Part shown: one piece after another, positions 21,341-28,234 of the stretch
How the letters are laid out: each line of letters starts with the position of its first letter
Position numbering within the stretch: the stretch's first letter is position 1
IMG/VR virus record: IMGVR_UViG_3300044615_001997
Origin: a virus
Strand: one strand, 5' to 3'
DNA length: 64,000 bases
Notes under the pieces: model-generated
What the model was told of the DNA's origin: nothing
The model's database searches: none
The model's input: the letters and a program-made list of their open reading frames with translations, nothing else
Position numbers and translations under genes: made by a program

Positions 21341-22234
21341 ATGGATAATGTAATTGAATGGTTAAATGAAAATGAGCTAAGGGCTTACCCTCTTATCGAG
21401 GGCGAGAGATCTGAACTTGTACCTGAAAATTTTCTATTAGACTTGATTTTATTGGTTAATGAAAATGTTTCAGATCTGCATTTAGTAAAGTTAATGAATA
21501 TAGCTACTGAAACAGAGGGAATCTCGGTTCAATTTTCTGGAGAAGGGAATACTTTTTTTGTACCTCGCAATCAAGCCTACCCATTGTACGTAAGGAATCA
21601 AAACGGCAGTTTAGCGGTTTTTGGCCCAGGTGCAGAACAATTTATGGATAATTTAAACACTTCGGTAATTCTCTGTGATATACCTGTAGAGCCTTCCAAC
21701 ATTTTTAAGTTTGATATGGCTTGGCTCGGGGTGTCTAGTATATCTACGTACAAGAATTATCAGTCTATTGAAGATAGCTATGTACCTTTGACTCCTCTAC
21801 AATTAAGTAGCGTTGGCAACTATTCTCTCGAGGAAGACGTTGAATTTTATCCTGGGTATAATTATAAGATAGACTTTAGTGACGGAAAAATAAACATGAC
21901 TGCTGGGTTTAAATTAGGTATGGCTATGGACTGCACTACTCAATTTATATCTCCAGAGTTAAAAGATTGTGACAAAGTCATCTCCTACATCAACGGTATT
22001 CCTGCAGACTCTGCCGGAGCTTTTAGATTTACTTCCGGAGAAAATATTTATATGTTCGATGGAACTACTGTAAATGAAGATATACCTGACACTAATCCTA
22101 AAATAGAGGAGTTGTATTACTCACAAGGCAAACCACCTATTTCAAGAATTAATCCAAATACTCTATTTATCGGGTTGACATTTCTCGAATCTGATTTATG
22201 TTCACCTATACAACTTTTACCTACTAATAATTAA
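21341..22234 (+). CDS. tail fibre/adaptor paralog 5
   Basis: WLNENELRAYPL motif, ISYINGIPADSAG. Confidence 0.5.
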   Translation: MDNVIEWLNENELRAYPLIEGERSELVPENFLLDLILLVNENVSDLHLVKLMNIATETEGISVQFSGEGNTFFVPRNQAYPLYVRNQNGSLAVFGPGAEQFMDNLNTSVILCDIPVEPSNIFKFDMAWLGVSSISTYKNYQSIEDSYVPLTPLQLSSVGNYSLEEDVEFYPGYNYKIDFSDGKINMTAGFKLGMAMDCTTQFISPELKDCDKVISYINGIPADSAGAFRFTSGENIYMFDGTTVNEDIPDTNPKIEELYYSQGKPPISRINPNTLFIGLTFLESDLCSPIQLLPTNN

Positions 22235-22235
22235 T

Positions 22236-22559
22236 ATGAATATAAGACCTGAGAAAAAAAGAATGATTCTCACTAGCGTTAATCAAATTTTAACCCTGAT
22301 TAAAAGCAACGATAAGCTTCAAAATTTACCTAGATTTAAGGGTTTAAAAGACAAAGAGCTCAGCACAACACCATCTAAAACATGCAATTGTGCTAGGCCT
22401 ATAAGAACTCCTGATGTAAACAAGCAAATTTTGGAAGGTGTTTTATCTTCTTTAACATCTAAAGATTTTCAAGATATAAAAGATGCTTTGGGGTTGGATG
22501 AATTGTGTTATTATAATAGAAATACCAAAACCAACAAATTAGAGATGATTTGTGTTTAA
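22236..22559 (+). CDS. hypothetical protein
   Basis: 107-aa ORF tightly packed in the operon, with a CNC motif. Confidence 0.55.
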   Translation: MNIRPEKKRMILTSVNQILTLIKSNDKLQNLPRFKGLKDKELSTTPSKTCNCARPIRTPDVNKQILEGVLSSLTSKDFQDIKDALGLDELCYYNRNTKTNKLEMICV

Positions 22560-22561
22560 CA

Positions 22562-23200
22562 ATGTCTGAACAAACCCCATTCTATTCAAATACTGAAGAC
22601 GGTAAAACTGTTCCTGTGAATTTAACTGCCTTTCACGGGATTCAAACCGTTAAAAAAAGTTTATTGGTGGGAAGAAAAGTAGAACCTGCAGATTTTTTTA
22701 TTTCTTCTACAGCAGGCTTTGGGTTTCCAGGTATACCGTTTGTTCCCGGGGAAGCAAACCCAGCTAATTTTTGCCAAGGGGAAGATGTGATATTCGATGC
22801 GTTTCTGTATTACCAAGGCGAAGCCGTAACTCAAAATGATTACGATATATTAGTGCAAGTAAAGTCTTCTTTGCGTAGTCCCACCGCATTTTGGGTAGGA
22901 GAAATTCAGAACGGCGTCTACCCTGAAGAAAATCCAGGTTATTACACGATATGGCTGCCTGCAGAGAAAACAATGACGTTGTTTGCTGGTTCTTACAATT
23001 TAAATGTATTTTTATCTCAACAGGTAGGTAAGGGTTCAGGACCTCACGATAGAAAAATTTCTCTAATCGATATTGCTTTTAATATTGAGTATTGTGGCGG
23101 AAGTGAAAATCCTGAAAATGTGAGACTGACTGGAGATTTACCTCATAGAGCTTCTATAAAAAGAACCTGGCCTAATGCTCCCGACATTATACAGGGTTAA
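22562..23200 (+). CDS. hypothetical protein, possibly structural beta-sandwich
   Basis: Last gene of the structural block. ATG 22562 preferred over the upstream near-cognate start. Confidence 0.5.
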   Translation: MSEQTPFYSNTEDGKTVPVNLTAFHGIQTVKKSLLVGRKVEPADFFISSTAGFGFPGIPFVPGEANPANFCQGEDVIFDAFLYYQGEAVTQNDYDILVQVKSSLRSPTAFWVGEIQNGVYPEENPGYYTIWLPAEKTMTLFAGSYNLNVFLSQQVGKGSGPHDRKISLIDIAFNIEYCGGSENPENVRLTGDLPHRASIKRTWPNAPDIIQG

Positions 23201-23236
23201 CCCCCAAATATTAATAGTTAATTTTTTTGGTATAAT
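23198..23236 (+). promoter_or_regulatory. putative promoter, extended -10 TGGTATAAT with upstream TAACCCCC box
   Basis: TATAAT at 23231-23236 preceded by TGn. A second copy with the same spacing lies at 24250-24288. Confidence 0.5.
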
Positions 23237-23310
23237 TTATAAGTAAGTATCCTTAGCTATTTTAGTTAATAATACTTGCCTCAACTTAATTTTAGTGTAG
23301 GTTAATAGAA

Positions 23311-23829
23311 ATGAAAGCGGTAATAAATAAATGCCATGGCGGGTTTAATCTTTCTCCTAAGGCGATAAAAAAATACTGTGAATTAAAAGGCATGCCTTGT
23401 TTTTTATTTTCTTATGACTACGCTCAAAATAAACATGTTTTAATTGATGAAGAAAAAGCAGAGCAACTAGGTTTTTGGGTGGCTTATAAGGTGGAAAATC
23501 CTGATGAATTAATAAACTTTGTACATCCAGAAGAGCAACCACCGGAAGGTTTATTTGGTGATGGCTTAGAGCAATGGAATGCGTTCCAACTCAGTAAAGC
23601 TGTAGAAGCCACTATTCAAAATAATGAAAATTTAAAAAATTCTGTAATTGCTCCAGGAAATAATCGAGCAGAGATTGAATTAATACAAACTGTTGAAGAG
23701 TTAGGGTTAGAGGCTTCTGGAAACTTCAGTAATTTGGTAGTTATAGAAATTCCTGACGACATAGAGTGGTTTGTAGTAAGTAGTGGTGGTAAAGAACACA
23801 TCGCAGAAAAGCATAGAATATGGGAATAA
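23311..23829 (+). CDS. conserved phage hypothetical protein
   Basis: MKAVINKCHGGFNLS...VEELG..ASG..S.L.VIEIPDDIEW...E.IAEKHR pattern, which I recall as common in phages. Confidence 0.7.
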   Translation: MKAVINKCHGGFNLSPKAIKKYCELKGMPCFLFSYDYAQNKHVLIDEEKAEQLGFWVAYKVENPDELINFVHPEEQPPEGLFGDGLEQWNAFQLSKAVEATIQNNENLKNSVIAPGNNRAEIELIQTVEELGLEASGNFSNLVVIEIPDDIEWFVVSSGGKEHIAEKHRIWE

Positions 23830-23830
23830 G

Positions 23831-24025
23831 ATGATAAAATTTATATTTATTTTATTTTTATTTTTTAGTTTTTTAATCTCTATAGTTTCTTTAAACTGTA
23901 AAATTAATAAACTTACGTTAGCTACAGAAAAATCGAGAAATGAATTAACTGTGTTAAATAATCAATTAAAAGAAAGTAATGTTTTAATTGGTGAAATTGA
24001 CACTGCTTTAGAGCTGCCAGAATAA
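23831..24025 (+). CDS. small membrane-anchored coiled-coil protein
   Basis: ATG 23831. Hydrophobic MIKFIFILFLFFSFLISIV followed by a heptad-like tail. Confidence 0.5.
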   Translation: MIKFIFILFLFFSFLISIVSLNCKINKLTLATEKSRNELTVLNNQLKESNVLIGEIDTALELPE

Positions 24026-24028
24026 CCG

Positions 24029-24265
24029 ATGCATATGGAATTAAATACTCCTATCGACTCTGAAAGTATCAGACAAAAGAACAAGCTTTCGAGAGAAAAT
24101 GCTCAACTACATATATTAGCTGAGGATATGGCTAGAGTGTTAAGGAGGTGGCTTGATGACTCCAACATGAAATACTTCTGGACGAGTGAAGATAAAGAAG
24201 CTCTAAATGCCTATGATAGATTTAAAGAAGATGTTATTTGGAAACAATATAACCCCCCCAGTTAA
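24029..24265 (+). CDS. hypothetical protein
   Basis: 78-aa ORF in an operon arrangement. Confidence 0.55.
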   Translation: MHMELNTPIDSESIRQKNKLSRENAQLHILAEDMARVLRRWLDDSNMKYFWTSEDKEALNAYDRFKEDVIWKQYNPPS

Positions 24266-24288
24266 TTGCTCCTATTTTTTGTTATAAT
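24250..24288 (+). promoter_or_regulatory. putative promoter, extended -10 TGTTATAAT with upstream TAACCCCC box
   Basis: TATAAT at 24283-24288, at the head of the non-coding region. Confidence 0.5.
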
Positions 24289-24418
24289 ACTATGCTGACG
24301 GTTTGTCGGTCTATTAATTGAAAATACTTTCTTAATAGACCTATTCTTAAATAGCAATATACTTTTTTTAAAATTTATTTTACTGGTTAATTTTTAATAA
24401 TTTTTAGCTGGCAGCTAT

Positions 24419-24612
24419 TGTTGCGCTCGGGTTATATATAACAAAGATCTATTATATATACGCTCAACGGGAATGACTCCCACCACATAAAGGAACAACT
24501 TACCTGGTTTAGTTGTATGGCGATAATCTGAAATGGTCCGCAGCTATTTCAGCAAACCGCTCGCTAGATAGTCGATGTGCGCAAATTGACTATATTAGAA
24601 CGTGGCGCAACA
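24419..24612 (+). ncRNA. putative multi-stem structured RNA (~195 nt)
   Basis: Closing helix TGTTGCGC/GCGCAACA encloses five hairpins, e.g. CTGAAATGG/CTATTTCAG, ATAGTCGAT/ATTGACTAT, ACAACT/AGTTGT. Confidence 0.5.
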
Positions 24613-24616
24613 CCCA

Positions 24617-24645
24617 TTGACTTTTAGTGTGTATTTATATATACT
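24617..24645 (+). promoter_or_regulatory. sigma70-type promoter
   Basis: TTGACT (24617-22), 17-nt spacer, TATACT (24640-45), immediately before the first hairpin of the large RNA. Confidence 0.7.
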
Positions 24646-24650
24646 AATAA

Positions 24651-25366
24651 TCTGGCCGTGTGCGGCCATAAGATAACCCCAGTAATGGGGACAAAGTGAA
24701 CTCTCATCACCGTGAGAGTTTGCGGGGATCTTCGATCCCTCTGAGCACACAAGGAGGTAATCATCTTTTCTGCCTGTTGAGGGTTAGAAAAGTTGCTCGT
24801 CGGTTGAGACCCGATGGGTGAGTGCGAAAGTACAATAAGGAAACCTTTAGCTGATATGCGAGCAACTGGACTGGTAATCCAGCAATCGCGTTTAGCAGCC
24901 TAGAAGTTGTCGCTAGAGCAATCTAGAGGCAACTACGAAACAGTGACGACCAGTCACAGGACTAGTAGCGCATCGATTCCCTCAAAAGGGGAGTTGGCGG
25001 AACCCGCAAGCACTAGTTCGGAAATCTCGGGTGAACATGACTTGTCTCGAAAGAGACTCATTAACCAAAAAGGAAAGCCTTGCGGCTTCTGCAGTGAAAG
25101 ATGACTTCGTCCCAAGTTACGCTTGGGGTTTGCTGGCTCCCTAAGGCCAGTATGATAGAGGTTAGGATAATCTTTGGATACCGTTGCTGGTATTGGAGGG
25201 TGCGTAGCCTTCACAGAGAGGAACTAGCGAACAACTGTGGTTGAAACCCTGACTCAGGGAAATTGAGTCGTCATTGCTGGGTACGTTGCAAAACAACGTG
25301 GATAAAACGGAGAATCAATATACTCCGTCAGAGACCAGTACTTATAGCTGTAATCTCAAGCTATAT
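24651..25366 (+). ncRNA. large structured ncRNA, GOLLD-like (~715 nt)
   Basis: No credible ORF, dense hairpins with GNRA loops (CCCCA-GTAA-TGGGG, GTCTC-GAAA-GAGAC, GTGC-GAAA-GTAC). The 3' part CATTG...GTGGATAAAACGGAGAATCAATATACTCCGT...GCTGTAATCTCAAGC resembles my recollection of the GOLLD 3' domain. Not verified with a covariance model. Confidence 0.6.
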
Positions 25367-25370
25367 AATT

Positions 25371-25655
25371 TTCTCGACTTGGCGAGTATAAATAGGATGT
25401 AAGCCAAGAGCGTTGCAGGTATGAGTATCTGCAGAATTCGGAGCGGTAGACCTTCTAGAGGTTACGGCTCCCTGGCCCAGACTTGAGTCACTTCAGGTCA
25501 AAAGTGTACTGAGGCACGTGAGTGAACCATACAACAGGTACATTGCCAGAACAAAAACGGGGGTGCTTCTTAATTTGTTGCCCGTATACTTTCAGGGAGG
25601 TGTGGAGATCAAAATCATTGATTACTCTTGTACGGAAAAATCTCGTACACCTCCC
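25371..25655 (+). ncRNA. putative structured RNA (boundaries uncertain)
   Basis: Stems CTTGGC/GCCAAG, GCAGGTA/TATCTGC, GAGC.GTA.ACCT/AGGTTAC.GCTC, ACGGG/CCCGT, and GGGAGGTGT/ACACCTCCC (25595-25655). Confidence 0.4.
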
Positions 25656-25661
25656 AAACTT

Positions 25662-25783
25662 TTGTAGGATATGCTGAGGGTTCTGGAGGATATGGTGGGG
25701 ATCATGGGCTCCAGCACGATAGGTTGCTGCCAGTCGTGGCATCGGTAAGCATATATAATTGAGAGTGATGCACTCACCTACAA
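25662..25783 (+). ncRNA. putative structured RNA module
   Basis: Closing helix TTGTAGG/CCTACAA. Inner stems ATATGCT/AGCATAT, TGGAG/CTCCA, CACGA/TCGTG, GAGTG/CACTC. Confidence 0.45.
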
Positions 25784-25788
25784 CTTAC

Positions 25789-25912
25789 TTTGAATGCGTG
25801 ACGAAAGTCTCGTTACGAATAGTGCTAAAAAATAACTCGCCCATAACTATACACCGACAGGATTAGGCGAAAGTCGGGGAAGCAATAATCCACGTTAGCA
25901 TACGCATTCAAA
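25789..25912 (+). ncRNA. putative structured RNA module
   Basis: 11-bp closing helix TTTGAATGCGT/ACGCATTCAAA. Inner TGCTAA/TTAGCA, GGATT/AATCC and two GAAA tetraloop hairpins. Confidence 0.5.
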
Positions 25913-26027
25913 AATTTGTTTTGGCTTACTGAGCTGCTGTGGTGAGCTCGGCAAGGAACCTACAAAGTTTCACAACAGTGAGTGCCACAGCACTTGTGAA
26001 ACTAGGAACCAGCCAAAACAAATTTTT
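25910..26027 (+). ncRNA. three-way-junction RNA with complementary (kissing) loops
   Basis: 17-bp perfect closing helix. Two hairpins whose loop regions GCTGTGG and CCACAGC are complementary. Confidence 0.6.
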
Positions 26028-26034
26028 AGCTATT

Positions 26035-26365
26035 TGAGGTTAGCCTCATAAGGTGCACGATGGCCGACTACCATCTAGTGAGATCCTACTCATGATTGAA
26101 GCCAGGTCGTTCTGGTAAAATGGGGCTGGTTACCGCAACCCGCTGACGGTCAGCGAGAGTCAGAAAGTTTAACTTTCTTCAGGCGAGGCGCGTTTATGTA
26201 TCTAGGACAGGCAAGATCAGTCGTGTCTGCATGATGGTACTGCGTCGTAGACCTTGAGACACGACAGCCGCAAGTTTCGAACGGGTAGCCTCCTCCGTTA
26301 ATGGGTGACTAGGGAACATGTGCGGCGGCGCATAGGACTCCAAAAGTAGAATCAATAAACCCGCC
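26035..26365 (+). ncRNA. putative structured RNA module(s)
   Basis: TGAGG/CCTCA, GATGG/CCATC, TGAAG/CTTCA. Closing helix GGCGcGTTTAT/ATAAACcCGCC (26187-26365) encloses GTCGTGTCT/AGACACGAC. Confidence 0.45.
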
Positions 26366-26407
26366 AAAAATTTTTGTGGTATCTAATACATACACACATA
26401 CCACTGA

Positions 26408-26447
26408 CCCAGCAGTGAAGCGACACAATCTGGGCACTTTTTTAGCT
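26408..26447 (+). terminator. possible terminator ending the RNA array
   Basis: CCCAG/CTGGG stem followed by ACTTTTTTAGCT. Confidence 0.35.
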
Positions 26448-26457
26448 ATTAAACATT

Positions 26458-26778
26458 ATGGACAACACAATATTCAATTATGGCGGAATTCCTGTAGTCA
26501 TTGACGTTTCATATGACTACGAGGAAGATTGTACAAAAGCCTGGCACGATTTGAATCATGCCGAAACAGGCGAAAATATCACAACTATCGATTGGTCACC
26601 TTATTCTATTCCTTCTAATGAGGAAGTTGAGTTATGGTTGGGATTAGGTGCCCCAGGGGGAGTTTATCGACAAGGAGAGCACTACGAGTCTCACCACAAC
26701 TTCAATTCCGAAGTACTCCAACTCGTTATAGAGGAAGAGGCTACCGGTAAAGAACCTACCTATATAATTAAAAGATAG
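26458..26778 (+). CDS. hypothetical protein
   Basis: 106-aa acidic ORF with an ATG in an A/T-rich context. Confidence 0.6.
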   Translation: MDNTIFNYGGIPVVIDVSYDYEEDCTKAWHDLNHAETGENITTIDWSPYSIPSNEEVELWLGLGAPGGVYRQGEHYESHHNFNSEVLQLVIEEEATGKEPTYIIKR

Positions 26779-26784
26779 ATCGTG

Positions 26785-26813
26785 TTGACAAACAACCGAC
26801 ACAACTATATGTT
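26785..26813 (+). promoter_or_regulatory. possible sigma70-type promoter
   Basis: Perfect TTGACA (26785-90), 17-nt spacer, imperfect -10 TATGTT. Confidence 0.4.
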
Positions 26814-26906
26814 TTAGATACTTGGGGTAACCACTAACCCTCTGGTAATAGGTATTGCAAAGAAAATGGAAAGTTTCTGTGAGTAAATCCTGCCCCAAGT
26901 ATCTAA
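26814..26906 (+). ncRNA. putative small structured RNA or leader element
   Basis: 14-bp perfect inverted repeat TTAGATACTTGGGG/CCCCAAGTATCTAA enclosing two hairpins, ending 3 nt before ATG 26910. Confidence 0.45.
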
Positions 26907-26909
26907 TTT

Positions 26910-27098
26910 ATGTATACAGTAGAATTAAAGTTTAAAGGAGTGGATTATAAAATAGGCATAATCATGACTTCTTGGGATAGTTTTAACTTAGAGCTTAGAA
27001 CACGAGAACCTCTTTCAGGAGACGATTTCCAAGGATTAAGGAACTACCTCGAAGAGGAAGGTTATATAGATATGGCCAGAGAACACAAATTTAGTTAA
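26910..27098 (+). CDS. hypothetical protein
   Basis: 62-aa ORF, first of a tightly packed run. Confidence 0.55.
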   Translation: MYTVELKFKGVDYKIGIIMTSWDSFNLELRTREPLSGDDFQGLRNYLEEEGYIDMAREHKFS

Positions 27099-27103
27099 AT
27101 ATT

Positions 27104-27349
27104 ATGAATGTTAAAGTAGATTTTGAGTCAATGACTCTTAAAATTATGGATTGTGATCCGCTTGAAGGTAATATTCTAGAAATGACTGACGGTAAATTGA
27201 TAGAAATGGTTCTAGTCGATTCATCCACAGAAGAAGACCATATTAAAGATTACGAAGAGGCAGAAAAACTTATGGAAGAAGCTATTAAATCTGGAAAAAA
27301 CTCAGACATTAGCGAATTGTTAGCTATGGCTAAAAAGGAAAATATATGA
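27104..27349 (+). CDS. hypothetical protein
   Basis: 81-aa ORF with an ATGA overlap to the next gene. Confidence 0.55.
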   Translation: MNVKVDFESMTLKIMDCDPLEGNILEMTDGKLIEMVLVDSSTEEDHIKDYEEAEKLMEEAIKSGKNSDISELLAMAKKENI

Positions 27350-27636
27350 GCACAATTACAGAAAAACATTACACAGTTAAGGGAGAGCATCCCTCCGATA
27401 GAATTTATAAAGATAAAGAATATATCAACAGACTACAGAAACACATAGATAAAGTTTTTGATAAACTGGCAAGGCACCTAGACCTGAATGAAAAAGGTAC
27501 ACAATGGTTATTTGATTATGTTTTTAATGAAGATCACTCAAAAGATTTCGAAGAATATATAGACATCTATAATTTAAACTACTCAGATTTAGTTAATGAG
27601 GAAGATATCAAATATCCCCCAGAAGGGCATATTTAA
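27346..27636 (+). CDS. hypothetical protein
   Basis: 96-aa ORF. Confidence 0.55.
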   Translation: MSTITEKHYTVKGEHPSDRIYKDKEYINRLQKHIDKVFDKLARHLDLNEKGTQWLFDYVFNEDHSKDFEEYIDIYNLNYSDLVNEEDIKYPPEGHI

Positions 27637-27640
27637 AACT

Positions 27641-27853
27641 ATGAGCAATAAAATTAAAAAGTGTTGGATTGTTGAAGCGGACGATTATCACGCTTTTAAA
27701 GAATACAGCTATGCTTATGGTATGGCTGGGTTAAATACGGATTATAAAGAAGTAGGTTGCAATGGATCTTATCATGCTGTTTTTTGGTTAGGTAAAAAGA
27801 CCAAAGAAGTAGATACGATGATACGTAATCTAGAGATAAAACTTACATGGTAG
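27641..27853 (+). CDS. hypothetical protein
   Basis: ATG 27641 preferred because it avoids overlap. Confidence 0.5.
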   Translation: MSNKIKKCWIVEADDYHAFKEYSYAYGMAGLNTDYKEVGCNGSYHAVFWLGKKTKEVDTMIRNLEIKLTW

Positions 27854-28233
27854 CAATCGACATTAAAAGAGAATCGGTTGTGAAGATGATCACAAAGTAC
27901 AGTGTTGAAGTCGAAAAAAACGACCTCAAAACCAGACTTATAAAAAACTTTATTGATGTGATCAATGACTATGTCGATGCGGACCTAGAAGACCTCAGGT
28001 TACAAGTAGACAGCTTTTCAGAATGTCTTGAAAATGTCAGTAAGGGAGACTGGGAAAAACTTTTTTCCACAGGCTACACACCTATGCTGCTCGACAGGGA
28101 GACTATGAATGCTGTTGAACGCTTTTTTTATGACAAGAAAAACAAAGAACACTGTACCTCTACTGAACTTGAAATCGTTGTCGTTGACGATGATTGGAAA
28201 CATTACATAAGAGAAGTACATATAGATTATTAA
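27847..28233 (+). CDS. hypothetical protein
   Basis: 128-aa ORF. Confidence 0.55.
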   Translation: MVAIDIKRESVVKMITKYSVEVEKNDLKTRLIKNFIDVINDYVDADLEDLRLQVDSFSECLENVSKGDWEKLFSTGYTPMLLDRETMNAVERFFYDKKNKEHCTSTELEIVVVDDDWKHYIREVHIDY

Positions 28234-28234
28234 T

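Noticed and set aside
23831-24025. Spanin or holin call for the membrane-anchored coiled-coil protein
   Set aside because: No adjacent lipoprotein or endolysin gene was recognised, so it is left as hypothetical.
24907-25742. ORFs 24907-25104 (+), 24954-25214 (-) and 25488-25742 (-)
   Set aside because: Short, atypical composition, at least two with non-ATG starts, and they lie within dense RNA secondary structure. Most likely chance ORFs.
26141-26178. Hammerhead ribozyme (CTGACGG...GAAA)
   Set aside because: The core would need CUGANGA. Here it is CUGACGG and is better explained by the CGCTGA/TCAGCG hairpin.
24651-26365. Group I or group II intron
   Set aside because: Flanking ORFs are complete and not halves of one gene. 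No recognisable group II domain V or group I P7 core, and no maturase or homing endonuclease nearby.
24290-26450. tRNA, tmRNA or RNase P RNA genes
   Set aside because: No cloverleaf with a TTCRA T-arm and acceptor stem, no tmRNA ends and no RNase P P4 signature could be found by eye.
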